Source: an uncultured Candidatus Binatia bacterium (GTDB lineage Bacteria; Desulfobacterota; Binatia; UBA9968; JAJDTQ01). Taken from it: 64,000 nucleotides of DNA. The position numbers and the translations under genes are program-made. The notes beneath the pieces were generated by a model. It was not told the origin of the DNA, searched no databases, and was given only the letters and a program-made list of their open reading frames with translations. Positions 19,320 to 28,774 of this stretch are shown here, in pieces (position 1 is the first letter of the stretch; the number at the start of each line of letters is the position of its first letter). The stretch spans positions 896,001-960,000 of the forward strand of contig OZ251459.1 in assembly GCA_965242525.1 (NCBI GenBank). Reading direction: 5' to 3'.

Positions 19320-20909
19320 TCAGCCCTTGACCAAGTCGATCTCCCAGGAGAGGTACTGTTCCATGTCCTCTCGGGTCTTCCCCAACGCGCCGCTCCACAC
19401 GCTGTGGCCGAAGTCGGCCTGGGCATACTCGGTGGAGACGCCGGTCCCCTCCAGGCCGTCCTCCAGCACAAGCCCCCTGCCTTCCCACGAGCCGGTCCCG
19501 CCTTCGAGCACCCGGACGCCGGTGTATCCCAGTTGCCGCAGGGTGTCCGCGGCGAGTGTAGAACGGACGCCGTCGTCGCACACCACCGCCAGCGGCGCGC
19601 TCCTTTCCGGCGCCATGCTCCGGACGTCCAGCTCCAGGTGGCCCCGGGGCAGCCAGCGGGCGCCCGGAACGTGGGCGAAGCCGTATTCGCCGACGCTGCG
19701 CACGTCCAGGGCCGGGGACCCGGACGCCAGGTGGGCCGCGAGCGCCGGGGCGTCCATGAAGGCCGCGTTCCTGCGCGCTTCCTCCAGCCCGAAGACGGAC
19801 GGCTCGGGGACCCCTTCCTCCACCGCGCCGCCGGCGTCGATCCATCCCCGGAGGCCGCGGTCGAGGACCGCCACGTCCCGGAAGCCCAGGCGCTGCAGCA
19901 GCGAGGCCGCCCACACCGGCCGGACGTCGTCGTCCGAGACCACGATGACCGGCGCAGAGCGGACCGCCAGGAAGTTCTCGTGGGCGAGGGCCATCTGCCC
20001 CAGGGGCAGGGAGACGGACCCCGGTATGCGGCCCGCGGCGTATTCCTCGGGCAGCCGCACGTCCAGCAGGTAGAACGCCCGGTGGGACTCGTACAGGGGG
20101 AGGAAGGCGTCCCGGGAGCAGCTACGGATGCGCTCGCTTGCCGCCAGCGCTTCGGTGGCGCGCCGGACCCGGGCGGAAGCGGCTTCCGACCGCGCCCCCG
20201 GGAGGTTCCTGCCCTCGCCCGACGCGATCTCGTGGCCGGCCAGGAACCAGCCCATGACGCCGTTCTCCAGCGCATACACGTTCTCGAAGCCGTTCTCGCG
20301 CAGCATCTGCGCCCCGAGTATGCCCCGGGTTCGGCCCGCGCAGCTCACCACCAGGGTCGTGTCCCCGGCCAGCGGCAGCCGGGGCGCGTCCAGCGGCAGG
20401 TTGCCTCCGGGGATGTGGTAGGTGTCGGGCACGTGGCCCCGCAGGTACTCCTCCCGGGAGCGCACGTCCACCACCACCACCTTCCCGTGGGCCTTGCGCC
20501 GTTGGGCCAGCTCCCGCGCGCTCATGTGCGCGACCGCGCCGGCGTGGGCCACGCGCTCGCCGTACTCCTTGCCGTGCACCCCCCAGCCCGAGCGCACCGG
20601 CAGCCCTTGCCTCCGCCATTCGTCGATGCCGCCGGCCAGGGTCCTCACGTCCGTGTAGCCCATGCGCTCCAGGGTCCGGGCGGCCAGCCCGCTGCGGCGT
20701 CCGTCGTCGCAGCAGACCACCACGGGGAGGCGCGGGTCGGGGACCATCACCGGCGCTCGGTATTCCAGCGCCCCCCGGTTCACCGGGCTGGCGCGATGGA
20801 TCTGCGCCGCGGCGAACTCGCCCCGCTCGCGCACGTCGAGGCAGGCGTGGGCTGTGTCCGAGGCCAACAGGGCCTGCGTGGCCTTGGTGTCCATGGAAGG
20901 GGTGCTCAA
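19320..20909 (-). CDS. Multi-domain rhodanese (sulfurtransferase) protein
   Basis: Four repeats of DVR..EY/F..HxPG; VSCAGRTRG active-site loop; start TTG 20909 or ATG 20894. Confidence 0.88.
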   Translation of the reverse strand: MSTPSMDTKATQALLASDTAHACLDVRERGEFAAAQIHRASPVNRGALEYRAPVMVPDPRLPVVVCCDDGRRSGLAARTLERMGYTDVRTLAGGIDEWRRQGLPVRSGWGVHGKEYGERVAHAGAVAHMSARELAQRRKAHGKVVVVDVRSREEYLRGHVPDTYHIPGGNLPLDAPRLPLAGDTTLVVSCAGRTRGILGAQMLRENGFENVYALENGVMGWFLAGHEIASGEGRNLPGARSEAASARVRRATEALAASERIRSCSRDAFLPLYESHRAFYLLDVRLPEEYAAGRIPGSVSLPLGQMALAHENFLAVRSAPVIVVSDDDVRPVWAASLLQRLGFRDVAVLDRGLRGWIDAGGAVEEGVPEPSVFGLEEARRNAAFMDAPALAAHLASGSPALDVRSVGEYGFAHVPGARWLPRGHLELDVRSMAPERSAPLAVVCDDGVRSTLAADTLRQLGYTGVRVLEGGTGSWEGRGLVLEDGLEGTGVSTEYAQADFGHSVWSGALGKTREDMEQYLSWEIDLVKG

Positions 20910-21196
20910 GTCCGTCTCCCTGCTCGGAGGATTGGCTCGGCGCGAGGCGAACGGCGCGTCCCAACGACGCCTAGCCACCGGGCGAGACAGTCCACCGTGT
21001 AACAGATCGGCCCCGGCGATGCGAGGAGCGGCCCCCGCCGGATCCGTGGCGGGAGGGGTTGACGGGGCCGTGGAACGGGCGCGTGGAAGGGGCGGCGCCG
21101 CGGGACCGGGTGTTCCGCGGCGGTTTGCGCCCGCTCCCCGGTTCCCATAGATTGTCGGGGGGTACGATCTCCGCAACGCGCAGGGAAGGGAAGACG

Positions 21197-22351
21197 ATGA
21201 TCAAGGCATGGGATGCGGACGGACACGTGTCGGAGTCCGAGGTCACTTTTTCCGACCGGTACTGGGACGCCGGCCCGGGGGTCCAAAGGCCCGAGGTCAT
21301 CGACATGGGCCCGGACCGGGCCCTGCGCTGGTTGATCGACACCCGTGCGTTCCCGGTGCGCACCGGTCCCTACCAGCAGGCGGGCTTCCCGTTGAGCAAG
21401 GACGGGCGGGCGGCCCGGGTGACCCCCGGCATCCACGCCGCGGACCCGGTGGAGAGCGCGGAGCTCCGCACGGTGGCCGCGCGCCTCGACCAGTTGGACC
21501 GGGAGAACACGCAGGTGCAGGTGATCTACCCCACCATGTTCCTCTCCTATCCCATCACCTTCGACCGGGCCCTGTCCGTGGCCATGATGCGCGCCTACAA
21601 CAACTGGGTCGCGGACATGACCGCCCAGGCCCCGGACCGGCTGAAGTGGGTGACCATCATCGACCCCATCGATCCCGGGGCGTCCGCCATGGAGGTCCGA
21701 CGGACCCGCGACATGGGCTCGGTGGGGGTCATGATGCTGGGCATGACCGGCCGCCACCGGGTGGACGACGAAGCCCTGGATCCCGTGTGGCGGGCGGCCG
21801 CGGACGCGGGACTCCCGGTGGCGGTGCACACGGGGCACAGCTTCCGGGCCCTGGGCGAGGTCTGCGACACGCACCACGACAAGACCAGCATGGCCTTCTG
21901 GCTCACGGTGCAGTTCGCGTTCCAGCGAGTGGTCTCCAAGGGCGTCGCCGACCGTTACCCGGACCTGCGCATCGCCTTCCTCGAAGCCGGCTGTTCCTGG
22001 GTGCCCGCGGTGGTGGAGCGGGTGTCGGAGTACAGCGGCCTCGACGGGGCGCGGGCGGGAGCGGACTTCAACCGGGGCTACCTGGCCAGGCACAGGCCGG
22101 AGGAATACATCCGCCGGGGCCAGATCTACTTCGGGTTCGAGGTGGACGAGCGGCTGTTGCCCTTCGCCATCGAGGAGTTCGGCGACGAGTGCTGGCTCTA
22201 CGGGTCGGACATCCCCCACGCGGACCGGCTGGTGGACTCGGTGGGCGTCTTCCTGGACCGCGGCGACATGGGCGAGGAGACCAAGCGGAAGCTCCTGGTG
22301 GATAACGCGGCGCGCTTCTACGGCCTGGACCCGGACACCGGGATGCGGTGA
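21197..22351 (+). CDS. Amidohydrolase_2 family protein
   Basis: DADGHV, YPT, RAYNNW, VHTG, FLEAGCSW, GSDIPH. Confidence 0.92.
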   Translation: MIKAWDADGHVSESEVTFSDRYWDAGPGVQRPEVIDMGPDRALRWLIDTRAFPVRTGPYQQAGFPLSKDGRAARVTPGIHAADPVESAELRTVAARLDQLDRENTQVQVIYPTMFLSYPITFDRALSVAMMRAYNNWVADMTAQAPDRLKWVTIIDPIDPGASAMEVRRTRDMGSVGVMMLGMTGRHRVDDEALDPVWRAAADAGLPVAVHTGHSFRALGEVCDTHHDKTSMAFWLTVQFAFQRVVSKGVADRYPDLRIAFLEAGCSWVPAVVERVSEYSGLDGARAGADFNRGYLARHRPEEYIRRGQIYFGFEVDERLLPFAIEEFGDECWLYGSDIPHADRLVDSVGVFLDRGDMGEETKRKLLVDNAARFYGLDPDTGMR

Positions 22352-22466
22352 GCGCAGGGGAAGGGGGCGTCGGGCGCCCGCGGGGTGGTTGCCGGGCGTG
22401 CTCCGTCCATGACGTCCGCGTTCCTGGCCCCGGGGCGGAACGGGGCCATGCGGGACGTGCTTCGCC

Positions 22467-23642
22467 TCACGCGGGCGCTGGCCCGTCCCGCACCACCGCG
22501 CCGGCCGTGGTGGCCACGCACGCAGCCTTCTCCGGGTCCCGGATGACCCCCTTTGGGTCCTTTCCCGCCCTCACGTCGTCGATGGCGGTCTTCAGTATCC
22601 TTCGGAACAGCAGCACGCCTTCGTCCGAGCTCACGTGGTGCTCCAGGGCGTGGGCCACGATCTCCCCCTGGCCCTCCTGGGCCTCCTTGTCGTCGGGATA
22701 GCGCTGGCTGTACTCGTAGTCCCGGGGTCCCCGGCCCGCGGGGGCAAGGCTTTCGCGGCCGGTGGGGACCGAGGGGTCGGCGCCCTCGGGCAGCCAGCGG
22801 ATGGTGGCCCCCAACTGGTGCGTGTCGTCCACCGGCACGCAGAACGACACCGACCGGACCTTTTCGGTCACGGGCTCGTCCGTATAGGTCAGGTGGACGT
22901 TCAAGGGCATGATGTTCTCCCAGATCACGTCCGCCCAGCGTCCGTCGTCGAGCTTGCGGGTCATGACGAAGCGGATGCCCATGTGGGTCTCCTCGTACAC
23001 CAGCCGTTCCGGCAGCGTCGCGTGCGCCTGGGTGGGGAACTGGGGTCCGCTGTGGACCGTGTGCAGCCACACCGCATGGAGCGCGTCCATGAGGTTCTCC
23101 TCGCTCTGGAGCCAGTTGCAGTCCATGGCCCCACCCACCCGGGGGCCGAAGCGCGCCGCCAACCGGCCGCCTTCGGCCAGGAGCACGTCGTAGCGGGGCA
23201 GCAGCGGCATCTTCTCCAACGGCCCCATGTAGGCGAACACCAGCCCGCCGAACTCCTGGACGGGATACGCGGGATGCAGCAGGTGGTCCTTGACCGTGCT
23301 GTCCCGCGGCTCCAGCGGCATGTCGAGGATGCGCCCCTCCACGTCGTAGAGCCAGCCGTGGTAGCAGCAGCGCAGTCCGCCGCGCTCCACCCGCCCGTAC
23401 TCCAGGGACGTGCCCCGATGGCTGCAACGAAAGAACAGGAGCCCCGGGCGGCTTCCCCCGTCCCGGAAGGCCACCAGGTCCTCGCCGAGTATGCGGATGC
23501 GCCTGGGCAGGTCGGCGAGGTCGGCCGACTTGCACACCGGCTGCCAGTACCGCCGCATGAGCTCGCCGCACGGGGTGCCCGGCCCCACCCGGGTGAGCTC
23601 GGAGTCGATCTCCGGAATCTTCAGACCGTAGGCGCTCCTCAT
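22467..23642 (-). CDS. Rieske non-heme iron oxygenase (second paralog)
   Basis: VGPGTPCGELMRRYW, CSHRG and CCYHGW, ENLMDALHAVWLH. Confidence 0.93.
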   Translation of the reverse strand: MRSAYGLKIPEIDSELTRVGPGTPCGELMRRYWQPVCKSADLADLPRRIRILGEDLVAFRDGGSRPGLLFFRCSHRGTSLEYGRVERGGLRCCYHGWLYDVEGRILDMPLEPRDSTVKDHLLHPAYPVQEFGGLVFAYMGPLEKMPLLPRYDVLLAEGGRLAARFGPRVGGAMDCNWLQSEENLMDALHAVWLHTVHSGPQFPTQAHATLPERLVYEETHMGIRFVMTRKLDDGRWADVIWENIMPLNVHLTYTDEPVTEKVRSVSFCVPVDDTHQLGATIRWLPEGADPSVPTGRESLAPAGRGPRDYEYSQRYPDDKEAQEGQGEIVAHALEHHVSSDEGVLLFRRILKTAIDDVRAGKDPKGVIRDPEKAACVATTAGAVVRDGPAPA

Positions 23643-23846
23643 GAGGGTCCTCCTGGCGTCGCGAGCCTCGAACGGGGTTGGACATGTCGCGAACCTCGAA
23701 CGGGATAGAGGATCGGCCGCCGCCTTTCAACACCGCGGCGACCCCATTACCGATACTTTCCGTAAACTATCTTGTCGGTTTGTACCCCCTCCCTGATCCT
23801 CCCTCTCGGGAGGGGAGCGAATCGGATCACGTAGCGTAGGGAAGAA

Positions 23847-23890
23847 CCCCGTTCGTCCTGAGCGTAGCGAAGCGAAGTCGAAGGACGTGC
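23847..23890 (+). repeat. REP-like repeat (CCCGTTCGTCCTGAGCGTAGC..GAAGTCGAAGGACG family)
   Basis: Same ~44-mer occurs inverted at 25023-25066, direct at 35118-35162, and as 3 partial copies at 34927-35030. Confidence 0.8.
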
Positions 23891-23892
23891 TT

Positions 23893-24941
23893 TCAGTCTG
23901 TGGTTGCAAGGATGGCGGCGATGCGGCGGGCGGCATCGGTGAAGCGCCGGACTTCCTCCGGGCGCAGCGGGCGGTCGAGGATGTCGCGTTCGCGGTAGGA
24001 GAGCCATTTCTTGAGGACCTGGTAGCCTCCGAGCTTGTAGTTCCAGACCGCGGCGGGGACGTTGCGCCAGAAGGCGTGGTCGTTCAAGTAGATGTCGAAG
24101 GTGGTCTTGCCGAGGGCGGGGAGCGCGGTGCTCGGGGCGGTGCGTTCGTCCGGGGCGAAGGCGCGTTCGACGATCCGGCCTTGGCCGGGCATGACCGCGC
24201 CGCCCGCTCCGACGTGGCCCCAGCCCGCGGTGAGGGCGAAGGCGTTGTCGGTCATCATGTTGCGTCCGTCCGCGGTGGCGGGAACGGCGATGGCGGCGAA
24301 CTCCGGGCGCAACGGGCCCGTGGTGACGCCGGAGACCGGCGTATCAGGGTCGAGCAGGGCCGCGAGTCCACGGCCCCGGGCGGCCGATCGGGCGAGGGCG
24401 TCAGCCGCTTCGGTGGTCTCCCTGTCCGGGGATGCGAAACCTCCTTCGGATGCGGGCGGGACGCCCGCGTTCCCGGGAAAGTCGCATTCCCCGGCTGGCT
24501 CACGGCCCTCATAAGCGGGGGACCCCCCTGGGAGCGCGGGCGTCCCGCCCGCAGGGGTGGGGCGGCAAGGCAGATCGAGTGGAAGCCGAGGAGACTCCTG
24601 CGGTCCCGGGAGCGGGCCAGCCGGGGAGCGGGATGCGCGGCCATTTCCGCGGCCTTCACTTCCACTACACCGCGCTCCGGCGTCTGGCCCTCGCGCGGTT
24701 GGCCCTTCTGGACCTGCTTTGCCGCGTAGAGGCCGAAGTCGGGATGGCCTGCGCCTTGGTCGGCAAGCTCCTGGACACAGAACACCCTGGGTTTGAGGGC
24801 CGCGCCCGCGGCATTCAGCAGGTTCGCCAGCGGCCTGTAGCTGGACCGCTCCCCGGTGGCCCCGCCCGAGGCATGCGCCCGCCCCAGGTCGGCAAAATAG
24901 GTCTCCACCGCTGCGGTCAGCTTTTGGTCCGTTGCCGCCAT
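23893..24941 (-). pseudogene. Internally deleted Type ISP-like restriction-modification enzyme
   Basis: N-terminal piece (ERSSY..L..LL...PDFGLY...VVEVK) and C-terminal piece (YLND..WRNVP..VWNY.LGGYQVLKKWLSYR) in different frames; central MTase region missing. Confidence 0.75.
24452..24553. repeat. Inverted pair of GCGGGCGGGACGCCCGCG(C/T)TCCC REP-like units
   Basis: tgcgggcgggacgcccgcgttcccgg and its reverse complement ctgggagcgcgggcgtcccgcccgca. Confidence 0.65.
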
Positions 24942-25022
24942 CTCCTACTTTGTTGCCGAGCGCGGCCTGACATGCAAGCACTGCACATGCCCGCGCCCTC
25001 TCCCGACCCTCTTCCGAGGGGA

Positions 25023-25066
25023 GCGCGTCCTTCGACTTCGCTACGCTACGCTCAGGACGAACGGGG
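25023..25066 (-). repeat. REP-like repeat, inverted copy of 23847-23890
   Basis: 42/44 match to the reverse complement. Confidence 0.8.
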
Positions 25067-25128
25067 TGGGATCCCATTGAACTCTCCCGCCCTTCACGGG
25101 AATCAACGGGGTGGTCACGTGTAAAATC

Positions 25129-25216
25129 TCTGGATTCCCGCTTTCGCGGGAATGACGGAGTAGGGCGTCTGCGGAATGGCGGGGTAGGGCGTCTGTGGGA
25201 ATGACGGGGGTAGGCA
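25129..25216. repeat. CTGGATTCCCGCTTTCGCGGGAATGAC palindromic repeat followed by ~25-bp degenerate tandem repeats
   Basis: ATTCCCGC-TTTC-GCGGGAAT hairpin; unit g(c/t)gggaatg(a/g)cgg(a/g)gtagg repeated about 3 times. Confidence 0.7.
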
Positions 25217-25345
25217 GCTATGGGAAAGACGGGTGGGCGTCGGAAGCACGAACTCCGGGAAGAAGTTCGGTTCCCTTGATGGAGAAGGAGACGCTACACC
25301 CATGAAACCCTGCCCACACGAAAGCCGGAAGACCCCGGAATCACG

Positions 25346-25415
25346 CTCTCCCTTCAGTGGCATCGTGCATTGCACGATTCTCTCCCTTCAGCGGCATCCT
25401 GCATTGGACGATTCT
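25346..25415. repeat. 34-bp tandem repeat, likely terminal remnant of a related IS
   Basis: ctctcccttcag(t/c)ggcatc(g/c)tgcattg(c/g)acgatt x2, ending cattggacgattct like the IS end at 26992-27005. Confidence 0.6.
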
Positions 25416-25420
25416 CGCGT

Positions 25421-27005
25421 AGTATTGTCCAATAAGAAAGTGAGCACGGAGGAGGGAGGAAGGAGGGAGCGGGTCCTGAGTGCAAGTTTTAGGAGTAGGA
25501 TGTCAGGGAGTGGGGGGATTTTCAAGTAGAGGGAGGGATTGGTGATCCCGCAGCAGACTGGAAGAGGGGGGTTGGGTTCCCTGTGACGATGGGGGGGTTG
25601 GGGGACTCCCTCCTGGGAGAGCAGGGTTGTGGGGAGGTGGAAGGGGGGAGAGCATGGGAGGTGCTCAGGCAGCGGCGAGGATACGGCGGAAGAGACGGTC
25701 CCGGGCACGGTTGAGTTCCTTGGCGGCTTGGAGGGCGGAGCGTTGGCGGGCGGTGTGGAGGAGGGAGTCGAAGGAGACGCCGCGCTTGAGGAAGCGGGCA
25801 GCGTCAGTCAGGGAGAGGAGCTTGTCGAGGGGAGTGCGCACATCCTGGGGTTGGCAGGTTCGCCGCAGCTTGCCCCTGGGGTCCATGTGCTCGGTGGCGT
25901 AGAGGCAGGGACGGTGGAAGTTGAGGAAGGGAGAGATCTGTTTCCGGGTGAAGTCATCCACGGCCTCGGCGAAGCGGGCCGGGATGTGTTGATGGCCGAG
26001 GTACTTGCGCACCACATGGGCGTTCTTGCCTTCCACCAGGGCGTTGTCGTTGGAGCGCCGGGCGCGGGACTTGGTGAACTCGCCCACGTGCAGCTTGTTG
26101 AGCAGCGCCGCCACCCGGTGGTTGATGTACTCCGAGCCGGTCGGCATGGAAGCCTCGGATGACGAAGGGGAACAGCCGTAGCAGCGCTTCCAGGGTGGGG
26201 ACCAGGAAGCGCTCGGAGATGCCCGCCACCGCACCCACGTACTCGTACTGCGTCACCTGGTCCATCAGGTTGATGAGGTAAACCCCCTTGCGACCGTCCT
26301 GGTCGCCCTGGTGGACGGTATCCACCCGAATATACCCCGGTCGGCTGTTGGGTTCCGGGGCCTTGCGCACGGCGATGGCCGCACCGTTCCCTCGCGTCTT
26401 GCTCCACACCCTGCGCTTGGTCTGGTAGGTCCGGGACCGGCGCAGGTTGTAGAGATGGGAACGCGAAAGGCTGGCCAGTCGGACAAAGCGGGAGTCGCCG
26501 TGTACTCGATACTCTCGCCGCAAGATCTCGCAGGTGGCCAGCCCGGACATCTGCCCGAAGGCCTCGTCCACTTCCGCCAGGAGCCGGATGTCCTCAAAGC
26601 CGTAGCGCCGCTGGAACTGACGCCCGCTGTTCCGCCCCCGCCGATCCTCCACCACCCCGGTCCGGACCTGCTGCCGGATGAGCCGGGTGATCTGCGAAGC
26701 GGAGAACCCGCATACCTTGCCGATGTAGCGCCGAAGCAGCCCCCGATCTGCCCGCCCCAGACGATGGTAGCCGAAACTCACCAGGGTCCGCTGCACGAAA
26801 CCATAGGCCGACTCCCGGTCCCTGGGCTGGTACTCCACAGGCCCTGACCCCTCCACAAAGGCCCGAACCTCCCACATGGCCCGCAAACGCTCCGTCTGTA
26901 GTGACACGATCATCCCCCCAGTCTGCACCATACCGGGCCTGCTCGTGCTCACTTACCCTTGGATTCACCCATCCCCTCCATGCTCACTTACCATTGGACA
27001 ATTCT
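25421..27005 (-). mobile_element. Insertion sequence (DDE/rve integrase-type, ISNCY/IS481-like) with TIRs and 5-bp TSD
   Basis: Left AGTATTGTCCAATAAGAAAGTGAGCACGGAGG vs right reverse complement AGAATTGTCCAATGGTAAGTGAGCATGGAGG; CGCGT at 25416-25420 and 27006-27010. Confidence 0.85.
25665..26913 (-). pseudogene. Frameshifted DDE transposase
   Basis: PGYIRVDTVHQGD...GFHAD then frame change to GSEYINH...NDNALVEGKN; apparent 2-nt loss in DNGSE near 26140. Confidence 0.85.
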
Positions 27006-27010
27006 CGCGT

Positions 27011-27039
27011 TTGACAGCCATCATGCGATGGACTAACAT
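27011..27039 (+). promoter_or_regulatory. Sigma70 promoter of the ABC operon
   Basis: TTGACA-17 nt-TAACAT. Confidence 0.6.
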
Positions 27040-27133
27040 CGGCGCGCTTGCACGGAGTTGCGCGCTCCGGGGAAAGGGAAGCGTCGGCTTCGGCGGCGCG
27101 GCGAAGCCCGGGCAGGACAGGGAGGTCCCGCAT

Positions 27134-28000
27134 ATGGCGAAACAGGAGGACCTGACGCTCGGAGGGGCGGTGGCGGCCGCGCCCGAGGCGGAAACCCCTC
27201 GGGGACCCCGGAAGAGCAACTCCATCCTGACGGAGACTGGCTGGGACGTGGCCCTCCGCGTGGGCTCCATCGTCGCGCTCCTTTTCCTGTGGTGGCTCCT
27301 GAGCCTCTTCTTTCCCCCCACGCTGGTGCCGAAACCCTGGGATACGCTGGCGGAGGTGTTCCTCATCATCAGGACCGGGGAGTTCTTCAGCGACATGGGC
27401 AGCACCCTGTGGCGCGTCTTCGTGGGCTTCGGCTTCGCCATGCTGGTGAGCACCCCGCTGGGCATCGTCATGGGCAGCTTCCGGAACCTGGAGAGCTTCT
27501 TCGAGCCGCCGGTGATCCTGGGCCTCACCATGCCGGGGCTCATCTGGGCGCTGCTGATGATCATGTTCTTCGGCCTCACCGAGTTCAGCGCCTACACCGC
27601 GGTGGCGGTGACCATCTTCCCCATGCTCACCATCAGCATCTGGCAGGGGACCAAGTCCCTGGACAAGGACCTCATCGACATGAGCACCGCGTTCCACGCC
27701 AGCGTCATTTCGAAGCTGGTGGACGTGATCCTGCCCCAGCTCGTGTCGCACCTCCTGGCCGCCATACGGTACGGCCTGGGCCTTGCGTGGAAGGTCGTGG
27801 TGCTGGTGGAGATGTTCGGCTTCAGCAACGGCGTCGGCTACCGCGTCATGCACGGTTTCGACATCTTCTCCATGAAGGCGGTGCTCGCCTGGGCCATCAC
27901 CTTCCTGATCGTGATGATCTTCATCGAGTTCGGCGTCATCGGCGTGGCCGAGCGCAGCGTCACCCGCTGGCGTCCCCGCGTGGAGGCATGGAGGAGATAG
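27134..28000 (+). CDS. NitT/TauT-type ABC transporter permease
   Basis: TM helices, TLWRVFVGF, EAA-like region, AWKVVVLVEMFG; RBS GGAGG. Confidence 0.92.
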   Translation: MAKQEDLTLGGAVAAAPEAETPRGPRKSNSILTETGWDVALRVGSIVALLFLWWLLSLFFPPTLVPKPWDTLAEVFLIIRTGEFFSDMGSTLWRVFVGFGFAMLVSTPLGIVMGSFRNLESFFEPPVILGLTMPGLIWALLMIMFFGLTEFSAYTAVAVTIFPMLTISIWQGTKSLDKDLIDMSTAFHASVISKLVDVILPQLVSHLLAAIRYGLGLAWKVVVLVEMFGFSNGVGYRVMHGFDIFSMKAVLAWAITFLIVMIFIEFGVIGVAERSVTRWRPRVEAWRR

Positions 28001-28774
28001 GTGGCGTACGTACGCATCGACGAGGCGGTGAAGTACTTCTCGCGCGAGGACGGCTCGCCGCTGCTGGTGCTGGACAGCGTGTCCTTCGACACCAAGGAGT
28101 ACGGCATTACCGCGCTGCTGGGGCCGTCGGGCTGCGGCAAGTCCACGCTCCTGAACATCATTACGGGCCTGGAGCGGCTCGACCACGGGACCGTGGAGGT
28201 GGTCTCCGGGAGCGAGGACGCCGAGGGGGCGCACCCCCAGTTGGGTTACGTGTTCCAGGACCCCAGGCTGCTCAACTGGAAACGGGTGGAGGACAACCTG
28301 AAGTTCGCCCTCAAGGGCATGGAGGTGCCCGCGGACCGTTGGGACGAGCGGCTGGACAAGTACCTGTCGCTGGTGGGTCTGGAGGACTTCCGCAAGCAGT
28401 ACCCGCTGTACCTGTCCGGCGGAATGAGGCAGCGGGTGGGCCTCGCCCGGGGGCTGGTGATCGAGCCCCAGGTCCTGTTGATGGACGAGCCCTACAGCAA
28501 GCTCGACCAGCTCACCGCCCGGCAGTTGCGGGAGGACACCCTGGAGATCTGCTCCCGGCTGAAGCAGACGGCGTTGCTGGTCACCCACGACGTGGAGGAA
28601 TCGGCCTACATGGGGGACCGGATCGTGATCTTCTCCGCCCGCCCGGCCCGCATCGCCGCGGTCTATGAGAACCCCCTGGAGTCGTCGGAGCGCGACACCG
28701 ACGACATGCGCTTCATCGAGTTCAAGAAGCAGGTGCTGGAAACGATACTCAACCTGGTAAAGGAGGAGACATGA
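28001..28774 (+). CDS. NitT/TauT-type ABC transporter ATP-binding protein
   Basis: GPSGCGKST, LSGGMRQR, LLMDEP, VTHD. Confidence 0.95.
   Translation: MAYVRIDEAVKYFSREDGSPLLVLDSVSFDTKEYGITALLGPSGCGKSTLLNIITGLERLDHGTVEVVSGSEDAEGAHPQLGYVFQDPRLLNWKRVEDNLKFALKGMEVPADRWDERLDKYLSLVGLEDFRKQYPLYLSGGMRQRVGLARGLVIEPQVLLMDEPYSKLDQLTARQLREDTLEICSRLKQTALLVTHDVEESAYMGDRIVIFSARPARIAAVYENPLESSERDTDDMRFIEFKKQVLETILNLVKEET

Noticed and set aside
25146-25216. CRISPR-like short repeats
   Set aside because: Degenerate contiguous tandem repeats with no unique spacers and no cas genes.
26130-26150. Programmed frameshift in the transposase
   Set aside because: No slippery sequence, and the Asn codon of DNGSE is lost, so a deletion or sequencing error is more likely.
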